Positions 47,154-56,457 are shown, counted from the stretch's first letter. The stretch is 64,000 bases of DNA from Candidatus Aenigmatarchaeota archaeon (GCA_016198755.1 JACQIB010000002.1:59004-123003), one strand, 5' to 3'. Numbers and translations are program-made. The notes: generated from the letters alone by a model not told the origin.

Positions 47154-47729
47154 TTAATCGAACTTTGCCCTTACTGTTTCGCGTGTTTCGCCCTCGGCTT
47201 TGAAGAATTCCATCTCTGGAGGGAAGCCAAGTACTCTAGCGAAAAGTGTATTCGGGAAGCTCTGGGCTGTTACATTGTAAATCAGAACAGCATCGTTGTA
47301 AAATTGCCTTGTGAATGAAACCCTGTTTTCAGTATCATTCAAATCCTCTCTCAAAGTCTGGAAAGATTCTATAGCCCTTAGCTGAGGATACTGTTCAGCA
47401 ACAGCAAATAAAGTTTTCAAAGCTCCTGATAGCATATTGTCTGCAGCAGCTTTCTGTCCCGGTGTTTGGGCGCGCATGAAAGCTGTTCTGGCTTCTATTA
47501 CTTCCTTCAAAGTTCCCTTTTCATGTTTCATGTAACCTTTTACAACTTCAATCAAGTTAGGTATAAGATCATACCTCCTTCTCAATTGTACATCTATCTG
47601 TGCCCATGCGTTGTTTACATTATTCTTGAGCCTGATAAGTTTGTTAAACAGGAATACTATATAGGCAACAATTATAAGGACAAGGACTATTGCCCCTATT
47701 TCCATGAGTGATAAAAAGGCTGTAACCAT
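47154..47729 (-). CDS. lemA: LemA family protein
   Basis: AWAQIDVQL.RR.DLIPNL, AVAE.YP.L, E.R..RQFYN, FP. Confidence 0.95.
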   Translation of the reverse strand: MVTAFLSLMEIGAIVLVLIIVAYIVFLFNKLIRLKNNVNNAWAQIDVQLRRRYDLIPNLIEVVKGYMKHEKGTLKEVIEARTAFMRAQTPGQKAAADNMLSGALKTLFAVAEQYPQLRAIESFQTLREDLNDTENRVSFTRQFYNDAVLIYNVTAQSFPNTLFARVLGFPPEMEFFKAEGETRETVRAKFD

Positions 47730-47819
47730 GTACTCACTATATAATAGCCGATTTAAAAGGTTAACCCCCTCTTTGGATAAGCTTTTATATCTATCTTAAC
47801 AGAGTTTTGATAGGTAAGT

Positions 47820-48656
47820 ATGAGGGCATTGTTAACAGTTTTGGCAGGGCTTTTTGTTGTATCTGGTGTAGCATTCGCTTCGGTATTTTCAGCATTTTTA
47901 TTAAATACACAGCAGACAGCTGAACAGGGATTAACAGCAACCTATACAATAATATTTGAAAACACAGGGTCTGATGTAATAGCACCAAACAACAACTTTA
48001 TTTCAGTAAGCGGAATACCAGTTGACTGGCTTGCATGGTCTAGCAAAATAAAAATCCTCCCTGGGGAGAGCACAGAAATAAAGGCAGTAATAAACGTGCC
48101 ATCAGATGCAAGGCCTGATGTTTATCATTTTAAATTCATTGTTTCAACTGATATGCAGGATCAGGAGCTTGGTGCAGAACTTACTGTTACACCGGCTTCT
48201 AAAACAACTCAATCCACTTCTGACAAGCTGAAGTCACTTGAGCAGGAGTATAATAGTATAACAGGGAGAGTTATACGTGCAGGAGAGTCTGGAGCTGACA
48301 CTGCTTTGGTTTCAAATATTCTTGGAAAGGCAGGAACTTTGATAGAAAAGGCTAAAGCAGCCTTTACAATAGATCATTGGCTGGAAGCATACCAGATAAC
48401 AGAACAGATAGAGCCTGTTCTGAATGTTGCAGAAAATGAACTGGAACAGAAAGTTCTGGAAGCTGACCAAAAAAGGAACCAGACAGCACTTTCAGTTGGA
48501 GTTGCTGTCTCACTTATAGTTGTTTTGGCTGGTTTGGTTTATTCAGTTCTTCCAAGAAGGCATGGTTATCATGGTGGCCAGTATAAAACAGGCGGAGAAA
48601 CCCCCCTTAGAAAGTTGCACAGGAAAATAAAAGAAAGAATAGGAAAGAAATATTAG
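47820..48656 (+). CDS. exported Ig-like + helical protein with C-terminal TM
   Basis: signal peptide, ENTG..ILPGES..VP.DA.P beta-sandwich pattern, TM plus basic tail. Confidence 0.65.
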   Translation: MRALLTVLAGLFVVSGVAFASVFSAFLLNTQQTAEQGLTATYTIIFENTGSDVIAPNNNFISVSGIPVDWLAWSSKIKILPGESTEIKAVINVPSDARPDVYHFKFIVSTDMQDQELGAELTVTPASKTTQSTSDKLKSLEQEYNSITGRVIRAGESGADTALVSNILGKAGTLIEKAKAAFTIDHWLEAYQITEQIEPVLNVAENELEQKVLEADQKRNQTALSVGVAVSLIVVLAGLVYSVLPRRHGYHGGQYKTGGETPLRKLHRKIKERIGKKY

Positions 48657-49027
48657 GATTTCTCAAAAACAGTGCAGAGTTCAGTGCTGGCACCAATTTC
48701 CTTATATATCGTTTTCAGTGTATCCCTCTTTCTCATACCATCGCATATTCCACAAATTTCCGAAGAAAATCCAGTTCCAGCAGAGCCTGATGCCAGCTTT
48801 TTTGCAAGTTCTTCCAGTTTTTCCATTGATTTTTCATCCTTCTGTAGCAGCTTTACTTTATACCCTCTCAATTCCCTTAAGTACTGGGAAACAGCAGCCT
48901 GTGTGCACCCCATTTTTTCTGCAGCCTGTTTCTGTGTTAACCCATATTTATGAGTTAATTCCTTTGCAAGCAAAGCTTTCATTGCTGGAAGAACATCCTG
49001 CACTATAACCTCGCATAAAAATTTCAT
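48653..49027 (-). CDS. HTH transcriptional regulator (COG2522-like) with Cys residues
   Basis: CEVIV..VLPA.KA.LAKEL..YGLTQ..AA..MG.TQAAVSQY; C-terminal CGIC..C; start MKFLCE. Confidence 0.85.
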   Translation of the reverse strand: MKFLCEVIVQDVLPAMKALLAKELTHKYGLTQKQAAEKMGCTQAAVSQYLRELRGYKVKLLQKDEKSMEKLEELAKKLASGSAGTGFSSEICGICDGMRKRDTLKTIYKEIGASTELCTVFEKS

Positions 49028-49041
49028 TCTAAACCCCACCA

Positions 49042-49060
49042 AGTATAACACTGTTATACT
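49042..49060. promoter_or_regulatory. palindromic operator, copy 2 (HTH regulator promoter)
   Basis: AGTATAACA-C-TGTTATACT perfect inverted repeat between a minus-strand TATA (TTTATAAG) and the ATG at 49027. Confidence 0.75.
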
Positions 49061-49068
49061 TTACACCC

Positions 49069-49545
49069 TTATAAACCTGAGCCCTGTTGTTCACGTCCCA
49101 ATATTTTATAGAATTCAGATTCTTTATCTAAAGTTAGTGCAGGATCGCACTGACTGAATCCATGTTTATTTACAAGAAAGCTCCTCATGGATTCTGAGGG
49201 ACCACGGGCATATATGGTTCTGGCACCTCTTTTAACAGAGTCTTTTCTCAACCTCTCTAAAATATTTGTACCAACACCTAAACGCATATGACTTGTACTG
49301 GTTTCATGATTATAGTGCGGATAGAAATAGGTAATTTGAGCTATTACATGATCCTGTTCCAAACCTTCTGCATCAATTAATCTGCCATAGATTCTATTCC
49401 TAGGATCTCTATAATGTCTTAAAGGATTAAACTCAACTCTAGCATTTCCAGCTCCCCAGTCACTGCCGGGAAAAAGTACACAGTACCAGATCCAATTATC
49501 CCCCCTCTCAGCACTTATGTCCATTCTAGGAACTTTTATTTCCAT
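49069..49545 (-). CDS. GNAT-like acetyltransferase (divergent)
   Basis: MRLGVGTNIL (motif A), F..KHGF. Confidence 0.55.
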   Translation of the reverse strand: MEIKVPRMDISAERGDNWIWYCVLFPGSDWGAGNARVEFNPLRHYRDPRNRIYGRLIDAEGLEQDHVIAQITYFYPHYNHETSTSHMRLGVGTNILERLRKDSVKRGARTIYARGPSESMRSFLVNKHGFSQCDPALTLDKESEFYKILGREQQGSGL

Positions 49546-49577
49546 TACAAAACCAAATCAGCAAAACCTTAAGAAGC

Positions 49578-50237
49578 CTATCCTCCCTTATCATCCGGAG
49601 GGAAGTTTGTATACAGAACCGGAGTTGGGTATGGTGGACCATAAGCAACAGTAATAGACTGCTTCGTGTGAAGAACAATTCCTCTCGGGTCTCCTGTAAA
49701 CTCTTTACTATCAACCCATACTTTTACGGTTTTGTTCTGTTCTATAATTTTGTTCATAAAGTGTGTTGAATTGAAACCCTTCTCCCAAATATCAAAAAAG
49801 CTCCCAAGCTTAAAGTCTCTTACAGTTGGGCTTTCAACATGTATTATTCCTGACTGGTCATGTGTATGAACCCAGTACATACAGTATCCTTTATTCCCAA
49901 CATCCGCAGGCAAAATTTGCGGCACTCCATCTATAAACAAGTCCAAATGCGGATGGAAATGTTGTGCAGTTCCTTCCATGGTCTGGCATTCTATCCCGTC
50001 TATAACAGCAGGTCCCTGATTTTTTGGAATCATGGAAAATACTGCCCAGGTCCCACCTATAAGCCCAACAAGAACAACAGCAAAAACAGCATACATCAAG
50101 TATTGCTTCCTTTGCATTTTTCCAATCTTATCCTCTTCAGTCTTTTTCTTCTGTTCTTCCCACTCTTTCCTTCTCTGTTCCCTTCTCTCATCCCTGCTGA
50201 GTTCATCCTTCTTTTCAGCGGGTTGTTCCCCTTCCAT
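49578..50237 (-). CDS. membrane-anchored His-rich hypothetical protein
   Basis: charged N-terminus, TM, HFHPHL and VHTHDQSGIIHVES motifs. Confidence 0.7.
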   Translation of the reverse strand: MEGEQPAEKKDELSRDERREQRRKEWEEQKKKTEEDKIGKMQRKQYLMYAVFAVVLVGLIGGTWAVFSMIPKNQGPAVIDGIECQTMEGTAQHFHPHLDLFIDGVPQILPADVGNKGYCMYWVHTHDQSGIIHVESPTVRDFKLGSFFDIWEKGFNSTHFMNKIIEQNKTVKVWVDSKEFTGDPRGIVLHTKQSITVAYGPPYPTPVLYTNFPPDDKGG

Positions 50238-50329
50238 ACTAAAACAAAAGCCAACACAGCTATATAAAACTCTACCACCTGTTGCAGTGGTGTTTAAATC
50301 TTTTACTTTTCCTTTTGTTTTTGAGGAAA

Positions 50330-51106
50330 ATGGTTGTATTTGAGGCAAGGCTTAACGGTAGAAGAGTTGCAGAACTTACCAGTGGGCACGCTAATGTGAG
50401 AAGTAGGATGGGAGCATATGCTGAAAAGGAGATGGTTGTAACAGTGTTGCCAAGGGAAGAATGGGCTGCAGGGGAGCGGGATAAGTTTCCAGGCCCAATA
50501 TATCTCACGCTCTTCGAAACTCAAACAAGATATTCACCGGAGTTTTCCGGTGTACAGGCACAGGCCTCAAAGATGTGGAACAGAAGGTCTAAAACTCACA
50601 TTGGAGGACTGCCGCATTTAGTTTCTTATGGCCAACGAAGGCTATCGATACCATTAAAGTCAGGCCATTTCTATGATGTTTTTGGTATAGGTGAAGACAA
50701 TGAAGAGAGAGGTGTTGTTGCAGGTATTATGAGAGTTGGTTCTGTTAGGTCCGAGGATTATTGCCTGACATTAGAACAGGCAAAGTTCCTTGCCGGTGTG
50801 GATATTCTTCTTACTCCAAAAGAAATGCTGGGGATTGAAGCTGATGTAAATGTTGCAGCTTTCAACTATAATGACGGCCTAACTGCGCCAGGAATGGTTT
50901 TTGATTTCGGTTCTTTAGAGCCTGCAAATCCAGCATCTAACAACCTTCAAATTGGAGTTTGCCTGAACCTGGGGTCATTTTCTTCAGGTCAATCCGTAAG
51001 GGACCTCATGATACGCCAGCCAGATCTGCCAACAGGAATTATAAGGGAGCATGTGAATAGGCCATATAATCAACCAGCTAGAAAGCACATTCTTGTAGAA
51101 AGATAA
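50330..51106 (+). CDS. hypothetical protein, possible degenerate nitrilase fold
   Basis: VTVLPRE, SKTHI, GSVRSED, GVDILLTP in the order seen in C-N hydrolases. Confidence 0.45.
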   Translation: MVVFEARLNGRRVAELTSGHANVRSRMGAYAEKEMVVTVLPREEWAAGERDKFPGPIYLTLFETQTRYSPEFSGVQAQASKMWNRRSKTHIGGLPHLVSYGQRRLSIPLKSGHFYDVFGIGEDNEERGVVAGIMRVGSVRSEDYCLTLEQAKFLAGVDILLTPKEMLGIEADVNVAAFNYNDGLTAPGMVFDFGSLEPANPASNNLQIGVCLNLGSFSSGQSVRDLMIRQPDLPTGIIREHVNRPYNQPARKHILVER

Positions 51107-51121
51107 TTTATTCGGTATATA

Positions 51122-51574
51122 TTAGGTAACAGTTAAAGTCCCTTTCATACCCAAAGCTTTGTGGCTGCCAACAGAACAGTAATACTCAAAAGTTCCAGCC
51201 TTATCTGCTGTAAATTCAATTGTTTCTGCAGCAGCTCCGCTGCTGATAACTTTTGTCTGCCCATATCCGGTTATCATTAAATTGTGTCCAACATCAGCTG
51301 AAACAAACCTTATTTTTACCCTATCCCCCTTCTTTACTGAAATTGTTGAAGGCTCAAACTTGAATGAGCTTCCAGTAACACTCTTTTCAATAACAGTAAC
51401 TTCCTTTGTTGTGCTTGTTGTTCCACCAGTTAAAGAAGTTGTTGTTGCTCCCGTAGTTGCAGTAAGGGTTGTAGTGGTCTCTTTCAGAGTTGTGGTTGTT
51501 GTGTCAGTGCTCTGTCCAGTGCAGCCAGCAACAGCAACCAAACCGATAATTGCAGCCAAAATCATTATTTTCAT
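51122..51574 (-). CDS. cupredoxin (blue copper) lipoprotein
   Basis: lipobox VAGC, Thr linker, GHN..YYCSVGSH...GM type-1 Cu ligands. Confidence 0.9.
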   Translation of the reverse strand: MKIMILAAIIGLVAVAGCTGQSTDTTTTTLKETTTTLTATTGATTTSLTGGTTSTTKEVTVIEKSVTGSSFKFEPSTISVKKGDRVKIRFVSADVGHNLMITGYGQTKVISSGAAAETIEFTADKAGTFEYYCSVGSHKALGMKGTLTVT

Positions 51575-51747
51575 TTTGTATCACACTTTAGCGGGCAGTG
51601 TACGTTTGTATACTCGCACAATATACAACCGTGTTTTGAGCTTATAAGCTTTTTGCATCCTTTGCACTTGTAAAAAGCAAGGCAACTCTTATCAGGTATT
51701 GTTATTTTGTCTATTTTTCCACACTCCGGACATGTAAATATAGCCAT
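51571..51747 (-). CDS. small Cys-rich protein (GDCCVxC-domain-like variant)
   Basis: TCPECG..IP...C..FY.C..C..HGCILC.Y....CP. Confidence 0.7.
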   Translation of the reverse strand: MAIFTCPECGKIDKITIPDKSCLAFYKCKGCKKLISSKHGCILCEYTNVHCPLKCDTK

Positions 51748-51752
51748 TTTCC

Positions 51753-51989
51753 TCACTTCAATTTTAACGCTTTCTTCAGCGCAGGCTGGTCAAATCCAAC
51801 AATAATTTTCCCTCCAATCTCAATAACCGGTACTCCAGTCTGCCCAGACTTTTTAATCATATCTTCTGCAGATTTAGTATCCTTATCCACTCTGATTTCC
51901 CTATACACAATTTTATTTTCCTTAAAGAAAGCTTTCGCAGCCTTACAGAATCCGCACCACTCTGTTGTGTAAATCTTAACTGCAACCAT
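51753..51989 (-). CDS. glutaredoxin/NrdH-like protein
   Basis: IYTTEWCGFC, SGQTGVPVI, IVGFD. Confidence 0.92.
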   Translation of the reverse strand: MVAVKIYTTEWCGFCKAAKAFFKENKIVYREIRVDKDTKSAEDMIKKSGQTGVPVIEIGGKIIVGFDQPALKKALKLK

Positions 51990-52074
51990 TGGAAACTTTT
52001 GTTTTATTAGCTTAAAAATCCCCCATTCCACTTGGTTTAAATCCTTTTCCTTCCAATTGTTTTCAGTGATTTAA

Positions 52075-52734
52075 ATGGGTAGAGCAAAAACACAACCTGC
52101 AGATCAAAAGCCCGTTTTTTATCTGATAGTCGGGGCTCCAGGCAGCAGTCCGTTTTCTTTAGCAGATGCTGACAGAGGTCTGCATGCGAGATATGGCCCA
52201 GCTACTCTGGGATGCGCTGCCATGAAAGCCAGGGCCGCCGCATTTGTGATGGGTCCATCCACCACCTCCGTTACCTATCACCCAGCTACCATGGAACTGG
52301 AAGGTTTTGGAGGTCTTTCAGAGCCTAGGCCAGATAAGGGTTCTGTCAGAAAACCTTTACAGGTTCTTGGTGCAGGTTATGGCAGTAGTGATCTTGTATA
52401 CTCTTTTCCACAACCTATTGTTCCACTTCCTGTTAAGGGGAACTTTTTTGTAGTAGGGAGTCGAGGAAGACTTTTTGTAGATTATAATGATAAGCTGGCA
52501 GATTATGTTGGTGGTGTGGCTGCTTTATTCACTGGAGCAGTAAGGTATGTGGATAGAGGTATTCCAGTTCCTGTAAGGCATGTAGATAGAGATAATCCAC
52601 CCGTAACAGTTTTCCACGCCACCGAAGTTCCTGCAGAGCTGGAAGCAATAGGAGACTTTTCACCACCGTCACATAAATTGGATTCTAAAGGCAAAAAATC
52701 CAGATTCAAGATAGCTGCAGTTGGTTTCACTTAA
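52075..52734 (+). CDS. hypothetical protein (ORFan)
   Basis: 219-aa ORF with upstream TATA (TTTAAA near 52036); no motif. Confidence 0.55.
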   Translation: MGRAKTQPADQKPVFYLIVGAPGSSPFSLADADRGLHARYGPATLGCAAMKARAAAFVMGPSTTSVTYHPATMELEGFGGLSEPRPDKGSVRKPLQVLGAGYGSSDLVYSFPQPIVPLPVKGNFFVVGSRGRLFVDYNDKLADYVGGVAALFTGAVRYVDRGIPVPVRHVDRDNPPVTVFHATEVPAELEAIGDFSPPSHKLDSKGKKSRFKIAAVGFT

Positions 52735-52865
52735 TAAACTTTCTACAAAACATCTTCTGCGCAAACGATATGTTTAAATAACATTCATGCAAGTTATTTT
52801 ATTGATAAGGGGAGAAGCAGTAGCTTCTTTTCGGCGAACATTTCCGCCGGAGGGAAAAGTGTGCT

Positions 52866-53363
52866 GTGTTTCCCTCAGGAGAGTCAAAGACTAAATTGGC
52901 ACAAAAAGAACACAATAAAAAAGAGATTGACCCAGCGGATGCGCTGGATCCGTTTGCTTCTGACAGACCAGACCAGAGAGAACTAAAATGGGACGATGAT
53001 ATTTGCAGGGATTATAGTTTTACAGACTATGTTCAGGAATTTGGAATGAGATCCCTTTATTCTGATCAAGCTGCTGAAGTAGAAATGTTCCTTCCTGTGG
53101 ACGAGGCAGAAACAAGAACTGTTGCCTATTCTGTCTTAACAGCAGCTCTCGGTCTGGCAAAGTACGAGGGACTGATACCTAAAGGATTAGTAATGAGCGA
53201 GGAACATTCTAATGCAGAATACAAGAGTTCTATACAGATAGTGGAACAAACACTACCTCCAGATGTTCCAACAACTGAGGAAATGGAACCTCCACTATTA
53301 CCTCTTTCAATGGGAACACCACTATCTTTTGATAACTCACAGATTGAGCAGCCATTTTTCTAA
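52866..53363 (+). CDS. acidic hypothetical protein (ORFan)
   Basis: 165-aa ORF, GTG start preceded by GGAGG. Confidence 0.5.
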   Translation: MFPSGESKTKLAQKEHNKKEIDPADALDPFASDRPDQRELKWDDDICRDYSFTDYVQEFGMRSLYSDQAAEVEMFLPVDEAETRTVAYSVLTAALGLAKYEGLIPKGLVMSEEHSNAEYKSSIQIVEQTLPPDVPTTEEMEPPLLPLSMGTPLSFDNSQIEQPFF

Positions 53364-53395
53364 AGCTTTTATAACTGTATAAAGTAAGCTTTATT

Positions 53396-53469
53396 GCCGC
53401 GATGGCAGATAGGCTATGCGACCGCCTGCAGAGCGGTTCAGGGGAGTTCGATTCTCTCTCGCGGCTCCA
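53396..53469 (+). tRNA. tRNA-Cys(GCA), no intron
   Basis: GCCGCGA/TCGCGGC acceptor, ACCGC-CT-GCA-GA-GCGGT, TTCGATT, discriminator U, encoded CCA. Confidence 0.95.
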
Positions 53470-53481
53470 ATTGGCGATAAA

Positions 53482-54921
53482 ATGGTTCACATACCCCTAA
53501 AACTGTTCAATACAATGGTAAGGAAAAAGCAGAGCCTCAAAACTATAGAAGACAAGCTAATCAAACTCTATACCTGCGGCCCAACAGTTTATGATTATGC
53601 GCACATAGGCAACCTGAGAGCTTTTGTTTTCTATGATATACTGAAAAGAGCTTTGCTATACAACGACTTCAAAGTTTTCCATGTAATGAACATTACAGAT
53701 GTGGGGCATTTGGTTTCTGATGCTGATATGGGAGAAGACAAAATGGAAAAGGGAGCTGAAAGGGAGAAAAAAACAGTCTGGGAGATTGCAGAGTTCTATA
53801 CAAAAGCCTTTATGGAAGATACAGAAAAACTAAGCATAATATCAGCTGATATAGTCTGCAAAGCCACAGACCATATAAAGGAACAGATAGAGCTAATAGA
53901 AAAACTTGAAGAAAAAGGATTTACCTACATTATTGAAGATGGGGTTTATTTTGACACTTCAAAATTGAAAGATTATGGGAAATTAGCTGGAGTAAAATCA
54001 AAAGAAGGGTTAATACCGGGTGCGAGAGTTGAGGTTGCAGAAGGAAAGAAAAATCCAACAGATTTTGCTCTCTGGAAGTTCTCCCCGAAAGACAAGAAAA
54101 GGCAAATGGAATGGCCATCAAAATGGGGAGTTGGATTCCCTGGATGGCATATAGAGTGCTCAGCAATGGCTATGAAATATTTGGGAGAGCATTTCGATAT
54201 ACACTGCGGAGGAGTAGACCATATACCAATTCACCATACAAACGAGATAGCCCAGTCAGAGGCTGCAACAGGAAAACCTTTTGCAAATTACTGGTTGCAC
54301 TGTGAATTTCTCCAAGTAGATGGGCAAAAAATGTCTAAATCTCTGGGAAATTTTTATACTCTGCGCGGTCTTTTGGAAAAAGGCTTTTCACAAAGAGCAA
54401 TACGCTATTTCCTTTTGTCTGCCCATTACAGAACCCAGCAGAACCTGACTATGGAAGGGCTGAAAAAAGCTGAAGAAACTTTATCTGGACTGACAGATTT
54501 CCTTGACAGGATAACTGGACTTGAGGTGAAAGGAGAGTACAATAAAAAGCTTGGAAAAACAACAAAAAAAGCAAAAGAAGGCTTCCTGAAAGCCCTGAAC
54601 GATGACCTAAACATACCCTCTGTCCTATCTGTTATTTTCAATATTGTAAAAGAAACAAATAAGGCAATTGAACAGAACAAAATAGGCAAAAAAAATGTGG
54701 AAGAAGTTCTGAAAACTATGAAAGATTTTGACAGGGTGTTGGGTGTTCTGGAACATGAAAAAACAGAGGTTCCGCAGTGGGTAAGGACTTTGGTTGAGGA
54801 AAGGGAAAGTGCAAGAAAAGGGAAAAACTTTGCTGAAGCAGACAATATAAGGAAGAAAATACTTGAAGCAGGCTGGATTGTAGAGGATACACCGCGCGGA
54901 CCTAGGCTGAGAAAGGATTGA
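53482..54921 (+). CDS. cysS: cysteine--tRNA ligase
   Basis: YTCGPTVY..HIGN, DFALWK, PGWHIECSAM, DIHCGG.D..HH.NE, KMSKS. Confidence 0.97.
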   Translation: MVHIPLKLFNTMVRKKQSLKTIEDKLIKLYTCGPTVYDYAHIGNLRAFVFYDILKRALLYNDFKVFHVMNITDVGHLVSDADMGEDKMEKGAEREKKTVWEIAEFYTKAFMEDTEKLSIISADIVCKATDHIKEQIELIEKLEEKGFTYIIEDGVYFDTSKLKDYGKLAGVKSKEGLIPGARVEVAEGKKNPTDFALWKFSPKDKKRQMEWPSKWGVGFPGWHIECSAMAMKYLGEHFDIHCGGVDHIPIHHTNEIAQSEAATGKPFANYWLHCEFLQVDGQKMSKSLGNFYTLRGLLEKGFSQRAIRYFLLSAHYRTQQNLTMEGLKKAEETLSGLTDFLDRITGLEVKGEYNKKLGKTTKKAKEGFLKALNDDLNIPSVLSVIFNIVKETNKAIEQNKIGKKNVEEVLKTMKDFDRVLGVLEHEKTEVPQWVRTLVEERESARKGKNFAEADNIRKKILEAGWIVEDTPRGPRLRKD

Positions 54922-54926
54922 CAAAA

Positions 54927-55421
54927 ATGTTCAGAAAACCAGATTGTATAATAATAAGGATAGATTACGGGGCAAATTACAGATCTGTCAGAAACAGAGT
55001 AAGGGAAAAATTAGAGGAAAATAACATTAAATTTAGTATAGAAACCAACCCAAACAGGGTTTTTGTTTTCACAGAGGATATTGAAAATGTAATATCAATT
55101 CTAAAAGAGACTGATGGAATTTCCTCATTTTCTCCTGCATGGTCCTGTTTTTCAGGATTGAATGAAATAAAGCTTTTGGCAACAGATATAGCTGAAAAAA
55201 TCCTTGATTTAGGAGAGAAAAAAACTTTTGCTCTGCGTGTAAGGCGTGCAGGTCGCCATAAATTTACCTCAAAAATAATTGCAGAAGAGGTTGGGGGCGC
55301 TGTAAAGAGGGTTACAGGTGCTTCTGTAAGGCTTAAAAACCCTGATAGAGAGTTGTTTATAGAATGCAGGAGCAGAAAAACTTACATTTTCACTGAAAAA
55401 TTTACCCGCAACAACGAGTAA
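54927..55421 (+). CDS. stand-alone NFLD/THUMP-domain protein
   Basis: GISSFSPA, TFALRVRRAG.H.FTS..A..VG..V.L.NPD..IE.R. Confidence 0.85.
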   Translation: MFRKPDCIIIRIDYGANYRSVRNRVREKLEENNIKFSIETNPNRVFVFTEDIENVISILKETDGISSFSPAWSCFSGLNEIKLLATDIAEKILDLGEKKTFALRVRRAGRHKFTSKIIAEEVGGAVKRVTGASVRLKNPDRELFIECRSRKTYIFTEKFTRNNE

Positions 55422-55616
55422 ATGAAGCAAAAACCTTGTTACCCCCCAGTAGTAAAGCTTTATATACTTGTTCTTACTATCTATTGTTAGCAAAAAGAGC
55501 TCTTGAGAACCACAAGAGAGTGGCAAAAGCTTTAAATACGCATTTACCAATAATTGGTATGTGTTTGCGGAACGAAAATCCCGCTGCACGCATTAATTAT
55601 TGGTTGGTGAGAGTGG

Positions 55617-56417
55617 ATGATAGTGACACAACAAGTATTGGATTCGTTAAAACAGATAGGATTAAACCTATATGAAAGAAGGCTTTGGGTAGCTTTGCTG
55701 TCCAGAGGTACTTCAACAGCTGGTGAGCTATCTTCTCTTGCAAAAGTACCGCACAGCAGGACTTATGATGTTCTTGAATCATTGGCTGAAAAGGGTTTTG
55801 TAATGATACAGAATGCAAAGCCTCTTAGATACGTTTCAATTACTCCATCTGAAGCTTTGGAAAGGGCAAAGAAAAAGCTTGTGGAGGATACAAACATTGC
55901 AACAGAGCGCATTTCTGCTTTGCAGGTTTCATCTACAATAAAAGAACTGGATAAAATGCACAAGGAAGGTGTTCAGCTTGTAGAACCTGGGGAACTCATA
56001 GGTTCTTTGAAAGGAAAACACGCAATGCACCAGCAGCTTGATACAATTTTTAAGGGTGCCCGCAAGAAAATATCTATTGTTACAACTTCAGATGGATTTT
56101 CTGATTTGCAGTCAAAACACGGGGAACTTCTGAAAAAAGCTGCAGGGAAAGGAGTAAAAATAAGGATTGCAGCTCCAGTAGGAAAAGACCATGCTGCTCT
56201 GTCTTCTGTAAAGAGTTATGCTGAAGTCAGGAAGCTTGATAAAAATTCCGGCAGGTTCTGCCTTGTGGATGATAACCATTTGGTTATGAGCCTGACTGAT
56301 GAAAAGAACACACACCCAACACAGGAACTGAGCTTATGGACGCAATCTGATCATGTTGCAGGCGCTGTTTTGGGTCCAATGTTCGATTCTGTCTGGTCAC
56401 GCTTGTCTACAGCATGA
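55617..56417 (+). CDS. TrmB-family transcriptional regulator
   Basis: GLNLYE..WVALL..STAGELS..VPHSRTYDVLESL..KGF, KP.RY, PLD-like C-terminal domain. Confidence 0.92.
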   Translation: MIVTQQVLDSLKQIGLNLYERRLWVALLSRGTSTAGELSSLAKVPHSRTYDVLESLAEKGFVMIQNAKPLRYVSITPSEALERAKKKLVEDTNIATERISALQVSSTIKELDKMHKEGVQLVEPGELIGSLKGKHAMHQQLDTIFKGARKKISIVTTSDGFSDLQSKHGELLKKAAGKGVKIRIAAPVGKDHAALSSVKSYAEVRKLDKNSGRFCLVDDNHLVMSLTDEKNTHPTQELSLWTQSDHVAGAVLGPMFDSVWSRLSTA

Positions 56418-56457
56418 TTCTGAAAGCTTTTTAACCCTTTGTTAACAGCCTTTAGCT

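Noticed and set aside
51571-51747. selenoprotein reading of the GDCCVxC-like gene
   Set aside because: There is no in-frame TGA at a Cys position.
53416-53481. N-terminal extension of cysS
   Set aside because: It is the tRNA-Cys sequence; the real start is 53482.
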